A DNA stretch of 64,000 bases, from NCBI RefSeq assembly GCF_963853765.1, contig NC_088857.1, forward strand, positions 3,596,001 through 3,660,000. Direction: 5' to 3'. This document shows, in pieces, positions 11,522-21,100 of this stretch (positions are counted from its first letter, which is position 1; the number at the start of each line of letters is the position of its first letter). This DNA comes from Magallana gigas (taxonomy: Eukaryota). Position numbers and translations under genes: made by a program. The notes beneath the pieces are model-generated. The model was given only the letters and a program-made list of their open reading frames with translations, had not been told where the DNA came from and searched no databases.

Positions 11522-12798
11522 TTATCTTCTTTTCTTTCGAATTGGGCCATCAATATGTTTACCTGAAATTAAAGGAAAAAAAACTACTGTATATTAAGCA
11601 TAAATAAATGTAAAATAAAATATGTCTCTGTTCAATATAAATTTATTTTCTATATTATAGATAATACATCTGATATAATTTTACTTTCACTTCCTGGTAC
11701 ATTTTTTTTCGGGATTCATGTAACTACACAAAATTAGTTTCCTTTAAAAATATATATTTTCAGTCTTATATTAAAGGGGGGGGGGGGGAAATTACTGATT
11801 CATAACCAAATGCCATTCATTCTCGACCAAAGTTGCAATAAACTGTAAGGGCAAATGCCACGTTACAATACGTTTGGAACGACTAACCGTTGTTCTAAAA
11901 GATTTTTGAATATTCGTTTAGTGTATTTTCTTATAAAGAAAGAAGATCATTCAATTGTAAGTCGATGAAAAATGTTTTGATTGCTTATCCATCGTGAATC
12001 AATTTGCATACAAATAAACTCTTCGGTTTTGACAACTTTATGCGAACAAATTCTATACCCTTATTACACCGAAATAATTTTTTTAAGAGAACTAACATCC
12101 GGGTAGTTTAAGTTCCTGACCTTTGCCCCTGTACACGACAGTAATGGCGGCCCCCATCTGCGTAGCAGACACCATGGGATACACAACACTCCCGACCAAA
12201 TGTTCATCGGTCAGCGCCACACCGAAAAACTTGTCCTCTTGACCAAACAGTAGGCTCCCCACATCCATGTCTATATACATGTAGAAGCGATCGGGGAGAC
12301 TCGTCAGGATTCCGGGGAACTTCCCTATCTTCTGTTTGTTGTGGCACACCTCTTTGGTCACTAGATCCACGCCCCACGAGTGTTCGTCTGACCCCACCAA
12401 AGTTTTGTTACAGTCACTGACTAGAGCTGCTTTTTTCAAACCAATTCCAACTGATGCGTGTTTCCCGCGCATTTGACGCGGGAAAACTATTTCGAACACG
12501 TGTTTTCCTCTTCGAAACGGTCTGCTCCATTTGGCTCCGTCGCTTACGCCATTCCCTAAAAAAATATGAATCCTAAATAATTGGAATTAATTTTGAGAGC
12601 TAGTAGATTAACTACACATGAACGTTTTAAGGATTTAGTATTATCAATAGTGGATAGAGTAGAGATACCGGTGCGAGTTCTGACGATGGTGTTGTTGTTT
12701 ATTTTGGCGAATCCTTTAGACAGGGTTTGTAGACCGTCAGCGTAGTACCTCTGGGAGAACATGACAGTTCGGGTCCACGACGGGGATTCTGAAACCAT
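11522..12798 (-). CDS. SPSB/Gustavus-type SPRY-domain protein without a SOCS box, 3 coding exons, ~201 aa
   Basis: Exons 12798-12669, 12555-12121 and 11562-11522 join through phase-1 GT-AG introns. SPRY motifs SDGAKW..RGKHVFEI.FP..RGKHASVG, LVGSDEHSWGVDL, IDMDVGSL and YPMVSA. C-terminus is GKHIDGPIRKKRR*; an unspliced alternative would end GQELKLPGC* at 12092. Confidence 0.8.
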
Positions 12799-13087
12799 GG
12801 CAACAGGTAAATACCCGGTAAAATCAAATTATCGTATCATCAATCACTAAATAATCAAACAAAGATTTAAAATTAATAACAAATAAAACGGTTTTTAATG
12901 GAAACAATTTAAACTATCACTTTAGCCTAATATAAATTTATTTCGTAACGATTTCAAAAAACGGAGTTTAACAGTTAAAAACAAATCAACTCTGCAATGA
13001 AGTTAGACACACAGAAAATGTTATGCCACAATACCCCAATATTCCCTTGCAGTAAGACTAAAGTCGAACTCTCAAAAGCTAGAATAA

Positions 13088-13095
13088 ACTCACTC

Positions 13096-13140
<45 letters not shown>
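13088..13140. repeat. (CT)n microsatellite
   Basis: Direct reading of the sequence. Confidence 0.95.
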
Positions 13141-13141
<1 letters not shown>

Positions 13142-15347
13142 GTTAGTATTTCTATATATTACTAGTAGTATTTCAATACATCAGTCTAATCAAAATGCCA
13201 GGAAGAGGGCTAGTTTTAATCGGACTAAGTGGTTAGTGATTTAAATATCCCACAACATTCAGATGTCCCCCTTACCGATGATTTCAGCGCCATCCCGTGG
13301 TTCTGAAGAGAGAGAGAGTATAAATTTTCACTCTACTTAACTCTAATATAAAGATAGGGACAGAACTACTTCGTTCTCCCCTTATATCCTAGTAACCCAT
13401 TTGTTTTGTGAACTAAGTGAGACAAGGTATTAAGTTTGGCCCCGAAGTCTGTGGAACGGAAGAAGGAGACCACACCTTTTCATCCGGTAAAGGCAATCGC
13501 AACCTCTCGGACCTTTTCGGTAGGCTCGGAAAAACACCTCGAATGAATTAACATTTCCGGATGTAAGAATTCTATACAAAATGGAGTCGCTTCTCATTAA
13601 AATAAATATCGGCTAAACAGCCTTGTATGTCGCTTCTGTGGTATATTTTAGGGTGTATCATTGGCTTTAGTGAAGTCTAGCTCACATCTCAACAGGTCGT
13701 AAATATGTTGTATTTATATCAAATTTTATAAAAAGGGGGGTTGTAATGGACGCTTTTGTAATACATTTGAGGTGTTTTAATATCCGAGCTCCGTCGGAAA
13801 GGCCTGAGAAGTTGCTATTGCCGGTAAAGGAACCCAAAGACTGTATCTGCAGCCCTGGTAAAATGAATAATCATGCGCTCGTTCTCACTGTGGTGACGAA
13901 CTTCCTTTAGCCGTTTTAACAATAGCTTGGGCTTTGGGCAGTGCTGAATAAACTCCAACTTGATGAAGGCTGGTCTGTTATTGGTTAACTGTCCTTTCAT
14001 TGGCTGATAGGACCTCTAAATATGAATACATTGAACGCAATGACAGCTATCAGACTTCATACAGGGCTGTATCAATCAACTGAATCTACGTCGATTTCAT
14101 ACAACAGAGCAGATCTTAAAGGGGGGGGGTGACTTTCCGATTTTGACAGTTTATGAATATTAATGAGCTTTTCTTAGCGAATTACAATCAATATCTGACA
14201 GCTTGTTTTGATGAGAAAACTAGATTTTAACACCCCACCGAAAGTCCAAGCTATTGTTAAAACGGCTCTAGCTTATTAGAACCGGAATAGGGTTGTCAGT
14301 CATTCTGTCCCCACGTCGTTTTCCAGACGACAATTGTTTCAATTTTTTGAGGGGGGGGTGCAGGTAGGGGACATGTTTTGCTTGAATGTATGCAATTTTC
14401 TCAGAATGCTTGTTTCAAAGGCCATGATCCAAGTCCCTAAATTGAGATGCCTATTCTGACTTTTTTATCTTCAAAACCTGTCTAAATCTTTTGAAGAAAG
14501 AGTCCATTGCAAATGTTACATTTTAAAAAGTTTAAGTGTCTAAACTAAACTATTACAATTATAGCTGAGTTTGGAAATCTTTGATTTTAAACTTTGATAT
14601 AATTTAACATATATTACAAAGAAAACATGCACACAAAGATAATAATTTGAATACATTGTACACATACCTTTAATTTTTATTTTAAAAAAAAGGCACACCG
14701 TTTTAATATCTACATCAATTAACTCAATGTTTAGGGGGATATTTTACATCTTTAGAGAACTTCAATTTATTTAAGAGAAAACGATGTAAAATCATGAAAG
14801 ATTCTCCAAGGTCGGAAAACTGCCTTAAAGCGTCATTATTTAGATTTTTTTTTATAGACATCGTTTTGTATTTGGACCAACATGATTTTATCTTGTAAAG
14901 AACATATAAAGACACATCATATACAGAAGTATGCAAATTTAAACGAAATCCTCTCTTGGGGTTTAGTGCCGCCAGGATAGAGTTGTGTCAGTGAAGCAAA
15001 CTTAACCGGAAGAAGTGTAAACTGTAAAACTGAACCTCTCCGGAAAAAAATCTACAGGAAAGGTACAGCCCTGTACAGTGCTACAATTCATAGAGTACTG
15101 TAAAACTGTGTTCCCGTGAAACATCCAACTTACTTGAATCAAACATGCGCTCCCGGGCGGAATAAAGCAGGTATCTCTCTACAATGCACGGTTCACACAG
15201 TAGGTTTTGACCTTATAATGAACTGAATAACTTGGTGGTTTGTGCTTTGATTGTTTTCAATAATTCATTCTTTACACCTATTATTGGGAGACCAAGGTCG
15301 CTTTCGATTAGTTAATGGAACAGAGCATTGGCAGAATATACTGATAT

Positions 15348-16959
15348 AAAACAATAGGCCAATTGGCCTTAACGGTCACCTGAGTAGCAAACAAATGTAT
15401 ATCCCATACACAAACTTGTCATGGAGTCTCATATATGCATCTAAATAATTAGGTTTCATACTGGAGTAGAAAAATTATAAATTTGTAATGACGACCACAT
15501 TTCAAAAAGAACTGTGAAACCTATAATTTTGGTGAAAAACTAAAAATCTGGTCTACAAAATCATGAATTCAGTTTTCTTTTCAGGTGTGTGGGAGTAAAA
15601 AATATAATTTTTTAACGTTATATGCATTAACATCTATACATCCATTTTGGTCAAAACCCATACCCCAGGGGACATGAAAATTAAAATTTCAGTAGAGGAC
15701 TTCCTGGTAAACATAATTATTAGTCAGTTTTTTTTATACAGATGTTTGAGAATATAGAAGAAGATTTTTAAACATTATATGCATTAACACTATATTGCCA
15801 TATGCCCCCCCCCCCCTCATGTCCTGAACCCCTGACCCAGGGGCCATGAATTTCACAATTTAGGTAAAGGAGATTGTGGACATCATAACCACTTATTCAG
15901 TTTTTCGCCCACATCTGTGGGAGTAGAGAAGAGATATTTTAAGATTTAAAACATTTTTACTATTTGGCCATTTTGGCCCCACTCTAGAGCCTGAACTCCT
16001 AACAAAGGGGTCATGAATTTCACAATTTTGGTAGAGGGCCTCATGGACATCATAACCATGCATTTAGTTTTTAACAAATATATATGGGAGTAGAGAAGAA
16101 GATTTTCTAAGATTTAATACATTTTTACTATTTGGCCATATTGGCCCAACCCTAGAGCCTGAACCCCTGACCTAGGGGTCATGAATTTCACAATTTAGAT
16201 TGAGGGCTTCATGGACATCATTATCATGCATTTAGTTTTTAATAAATATATATGATAGCAGAGAAGAAGATTTTCTAAGATTTAATACATTTTTACTATA
16301 TGGCCATATTGGCCCCACCCTAGAGCCAGAACCCCTGACCCAGGGGCCATAAATTTCACAATTTTGGTAGAGGGCCTCATGGACATCATAACCATGCATT
16401 TAGTTTTTAACAAATATATATGGGAGTAGAGAAGAAGATTTTCTAAGATTTAATACATTTTTACTATTTGGCCATATTGGCCCCACCCTAGAGCATGAAT
16501 TTCACAATTTAGGTAGAGGGCTTCATGGAATCCATAATCATGCATTTAGTTTTTAAAAAATATATATGGTAGTAGAGAAGAAGATTTTCTAAGATTTAAT
16601 ACATTTTTACTATATGGCCATATTGGCCCCACCCTAGAGCCAGAACCCTGACCCAGGGGCCATAAATTTCACAATTTTGGTAGAGGGCCTCATGGACATC
16701 ATAACCATGCAACCAGTTTTTTCCTCACATGCGTGGGAGTAGAGAAGAAGATATTTGAAAATTTGGCTTTTTTTGCATATTTGGCCCAGCCCGTGGCACC
16801 CCAGGGGTGGTAGAGCCATACATTTTACAATTTAGATTCTTCTTACCATAGAGATGCTTTACACTAAAAATGGTAACGATTGGCCTGGTAGTTTTCAAGA
16901 AGAAGTTAAAAATGTAAAATTGTTAACACACGACGCACGACGACGGACGAAGACCAATT

Positions 16960-16996
<37 letters not shown>
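15348..16996 (-). mobile_element. Second Helentron/HINE-type element (reverse orientation) with a central ~167-bp satellite array (~7-8 units)
   Basis: On the minus strand the 5' end is tttttaggtcacctgagtcactcaggtgacc followed by a gtccgtcgtcgt microsatellite; the 3' end is ctcaggtgaccgttaa plus the hairpin ggccaattggcc and tattgttt. The motif atttcacaatttt recurs at ~15850, 16016, 16184, 16351, 16498 and 16665. Confidence 0.8.
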
Positions 16997-18018
16997 ACTA
17001 CGTTTGTTCAGATAACATTGAGTTGGGGGGGGGGGGGGGTTGGAGGTACCGCAATATAGGTGTTGCTGTTGGGGGTTGTAGTATTAACACCATGTACCTA
17101 CCGTTGGGGAAATGCTGCAATGAGCTAAGAGCGGAAGTAGAGAGAATGCTAAGGAAATTCACCATACAGGGATATAAGATGGGAGATGTAGTTTAAACTG
17201 GGAAATAATGGTCAGGTAAAAATAAAAACTTTACTACGCTATCGAATGTTTTAAACCTACCGGTGCTTGATGCGCCGCTCCCCATGTATCATGGCTGAGC
17301 AAGGCGTGGATATTGGACGCCAGAAAAAGATGAGATACCTCGTTAAGTCCGGAATAAGCGAAGATCCCTTGTAAGTCCAAATAAGACAGGGATTAAATGG
17401 AAGCTCACATATACTTTTAACGATCAAGTTTAATTTTCACAGGATCCAAATTGACTTACAGAGACTTGTATTGATCGTGTGCACACGGACAATGCATTGT
17501 CGATCGTTTGCTGCTGTTCATAGACATGGAATATGTACATGTCTCAGTTCAGTTTGTAGAAGTTAGAGTAGAGTTAACGCGGTTATTCAATGCCTGCCTT
17601 GGCACATTCAGCGAGAGGAATTTAAATTCAATCAGCTCTAATCAATACAAAGCAATGTTTACTTACAGATCTATGTGTATTTTCTTGAGGTCGTCATGTT
17701 CATTTAACACCTTAACGAACCGAGCACAGGTATATAAGGGGAGATGGGGTGAAAATAAAAAGGATTATCAGTAAACTAATGTGTAGCAGTTTTTAGCCCT
17801 CTTTGATAAATAAAAATCAATCAATATGTCTATGTTAAATTGTTGATATAAATGATAATCCGAAGGATTATAGCTTGTTCTATTTTTAAAGCAGCTGGTG
17901 TGTAGATAATTTTAGCTCGACGTTTCGTTGCATGGCCATCGTGATATTGTGATTTTAAAAACAGAATATGCAGATAAGGTATAGTTAACATTTTTTTATA
18001 CTTGGTTTTTTTTACTTA

Positions 18019-18019
<1 letters not shown>

Positions 18020-18062
<43 letters not shown>

Positions 18063-18072
18063 TCTCTCTCTC
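18020..18072. repeat. (CT)n microsatellite, positional homolog of the one at 27293-27352
   Basis: Direct reading; same position in both duplicated blocks. Confidence 0.9.
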
Positions 18073-18079
18073 GTTTTAA

Positions 18080-18415
18080 GATACTTCACTACACCGAGAC
18101 TTATACTTTTTAAGACACTACGTCACAGGAGGCGGTTTAAATGTTTTGTTAAATTGTTTGTATCAAAGTATTCAGATATATATCGTCATAGATCAGTGGT
18201 TAAAGTATCAGGCTTGTGAACCGCAGGTCATGAGTTCGAATCCACCTGGGGCTTTTGTTTATGTTTACTGCATGAAATGTTTGAAAATACCATTTTTTAT
18301 CTAAAATTGCACATTTTTTCGCCTATTTGATATAAATACTTCTTATCCATCATGCTTTCTATCATAATCAAGTAATTTTCTGCTGAGAAACTATTTCAAG
18401 GTGTAGTGAGGCACC
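18080..18415. mobile_element. 336-bp TTAA-target MITE (Kolobok-like) containing a tRNA-like segment
   Basis: ttaa at 18076-18079 and 18416-18419. Ends gatacttcactacacc versus reverse complement ggtgcctcactacacc (13/16). Termini start with purines rather than the CC typical of piggyBac. Confidence 0.65.
18185..18252 (+). pseudogene. tRNA-derived (SINE-head-like) sequence, not a functional tRNA
   Basis: A-box-like tagatcagtgg, B-box-like gagttcgaatcc, and loop ttgtgaa (GTG, His-like). The acceptor and anticodon stems do not pair. Confidence 0.45.
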
Positions 18416-18951
18416 TTAACCAGTTTTGAATTAAAATTTGTAAAGCTCCAGCTTGATTTGCAGGATTGGGCGCCGTGGAGAACCTTAAGTTCCTTGTCGT
18501 GGGGGACGGAGGCGTGGGCAAGTCCAGCCTCCTCTTGACCTATACCACCCACGCCTTCCCGTCAGAGCACACCCCCACGGTGTTCGACAACTACATCGAC
18601 ACTGTGATGGTGGACGGCGACTGGAAATGTCTGGAACTCTGGGATACAGCAAAGAGGGTGCGTGTCAGTCAAACAACCATTCATAATACATAACTTGTTC
18701 ATAACAAATGACAACGAAAGGACATGCAGACAGACATAATGTTTATTTAGTAAAGCCATTCAAATCATACAGGTAAATGAGACACAAAAAATGGACTTAC
18801 ATGTAAGGATATCGTACATGTAATAAACCGAAATTCAACTAAAATAGGCATCGCCAACTATTAGGAAAGGAGCGAAAGGGGGGAAAATTCTAATTCTAAA
18901 TTGATTGATTTTATAAGACAATGAACGTTTGTGTTGAATCAGGAGGAAGGC

Positions 18952-19616
18952 CATCTTCGCTAGCCAAGGGTTTTCGGTCCACTCTGCTCCCCATAAACCC
19001 TTGGCGGATTTCATTACGAAAACTCGGTGACAAGCTCCGTTTTATGATTGGCTGCAGCTGCGAGTAGCTGATCCAATCGCAGTGCTTGTAAATATAAACT
19101 TTAAAAGAAAACACATGTGTGATCTTTGGTAAAACATTCGGTGCTTTTAACAAGTTGAGGCACAAGTTCTCGAGTACAGTGCCTCCCCAACGATGGTCTA
19201 ACCAGATCGCTTTAAAAACCTACATATTTTACCGGGATTATACATAGTTCTGCAAACTTGTCATTTTTATGCTCGCGTGATAGCATGGGAAGTAAACATG
19301 GCGAATGTAGAAGTTGCCTATCCCGTTAGTATATTCGTTCCTATTTTGGTGCTTTCCCTAGGTTATAATTTAATTCGTATTTAATAGCATCGTTAATTAT
19401 GTACCGATGTTCGGTAGTCAACATGTTTTCAAATTGTATTAATGCCGTAGTGTATATATAACCCGTTGTTTAATTCGATTAAAATGTAAATATGCAAGGG
19501 GCGCAACTCAAGTTGCTCGCTAGATAGCGCCACCACATCACCGAGTTTTCGTAATGAAATCCGCCAAGGGTTTATGGGGAGCAAAGTGGACCGAAAATTC
19601 TTGGCTAGCGAAGATG
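18952..19616. mobile_element. 665-bp MITE with 79-bp TIRs and a 9-bp TSD (GAGGAAGGC), inserted in RhoBTB-A exon 2
   Basis: TIRs 18952-19030 and 19538-19616 match at 76/79. TSD copies at 18943-18951 and 19617-19625. An alternative parse (CCATC ends, 7-bp TSD) restores the same exon. Confidence 0.92.
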
Positions 19617-19962
19617 GAGGAAGGCGATCGAGAACGCCCCTTGTCGTACCTCGGTGCCGACATCTTCCTTCTCTGTTACTCCATAGAGAACAAGTGCTCC
19701 TTTGAGAACATTGAGGACAAATGGATACCGGGGATTGAGCACTTTTGTCCAGATGTTCCAGTTCTCCTGGTTGCTTGTAAAACAGGTAAGTTGCATTTTA
19801 TATCACAATCCGCCATTCAAACTGATATTAAGAATTGGATTCCCAGCATTGAAAATCTTAGGATATAATGATATACATTAAACCTATTTATCACAAAATC
19901 GTCCACAAGTTTTCTTTAAAAACACGGTTTCCAAGAGATTCAATATCAAAGATATAAATTTG

Positions 19963-20673
19963 CGGTACATAGAATTACCGAAATACCCGCGATTTACCGA
20001 AATACCCGGTGAAAACACCGAAATACCCTTCAAAAACATCAAAATGCCCATTAATACACCATAAAGAGTGTAAGTCTAGTATTTTATGTAGATAGATATT
20101 GTATATAAAGTTAATTTTTTTTATAAATCAGCCGATTTTCGTGGTTATTGATTAAAATGCAATTCTTCCAAGAAAGATAACTCTTTCAGTAAATAACAAT
20201 GATTAAATTTATTTTGAATAAGTCATTTAAAGGATATAAATGTTTTCATCTCTTTAGTTGACATGTATATTTATTTTAATACTTGACGTGAGAAGAGAAA
20301 GGAGCAATTCTGGTAGAAAAAGGAATATTTACAGTATTATCATGTAAAATTTGTATATGATATTAAAATATAAAAGCTGATAAACTGTTATATTTAATTC
20401 TTAGTTATTTTATTCTGGGAATAAAATTTCACACCTCTATTCGAGTGAAAAGCAATTCATGCAAGAGTTATCGTTCTTAACCCAATGTCTACACATGATA
20501 ATAATCGCTATTTATGTCAAAATACTTACATTATCAAACTGAAAATTGGGGAAATACATTTAAACACTTAGATTCAAACTATGATGTTAAATATTTCTGC
20601 TCAAATGCGGCATTTCGGTGTTTTTGAAGGGCATTTCGGTTAATCACGGGTATTTCGGTAATTCTAGTTACCC
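19963..20673. mobile_element. 711-bp TIR element with a 9-bp TSD (ATAAATTTG), Mutator-like, in RhoBTB-A intron 2
   Basis: Ends cggtacatagaattaccgaaatacccg versus reverse complement gggtaactagaattaccgaaatacccg; sub-terminal accgaaatrcc repeats; TSD at 19954-19962 and 20674-20682. Confidence 0.8.
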
Positions 20674-20898
20674 ATAAATTTGTATGATATAAATATTAAA
20701 ACAAACGTGCCCTGGGATAAGCTTGTGATCTTAAATTATGTTTTCTCTCTCAGATTTAAGGTCATCGTCCAAGATAAAGGGGGTGGTCAGCTCAGAGGAG
20801 GGGCGGGCGCTGGCGGGACGACTCCGGGTCCCGTTCTGTGAGACCAGTTCCCTGACACAGGCCGGGCTCAGGGAGTGCTTTGACACCGCGGTAAGTCT

Positions 20899-21100
20899 GG
20901 GTGTGGCTACCGAGGGTGTGGCTACTAATAGTGTTGGTACCAACGGTCTGCCGACCAAAAGTGTGGATTAAGTAGTGTGGCTACCGAGGGTGTGGCTACC
21001 GAGGGTGTGGCTACCAGTAGTGTGGCTACCTATAGTGTGGATACCAGTAGTGTGGCTATTGAGGGTGGTGATAGTGGCTACCAAGAGGGTGGCTACTAAG
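20899..21100. repeat. ~15-bp minisatellite (agtgtggctacc core) in RhoBTB-A intron 3
   Basis: Repeated gtgtggctac units starting just after the donor site; homologous array at 31019-31235. Confidence 0.9.

Noticed and set aside
12696-12713. KINNNT in the SPRY protein resembling the SPSB degron DINNN (possible self-ligand)
   Set aside because: It lacks the acidic first residue and aligns with an ordinary beta-hairpin at the start of the SPRY fold.
16634-16819. 61-aa ORF (and 2953-3195)
   Set aside because: Both lie within HINE or satellite sequence; no transposase or helicase motifs, so the elements are non-autonomous.
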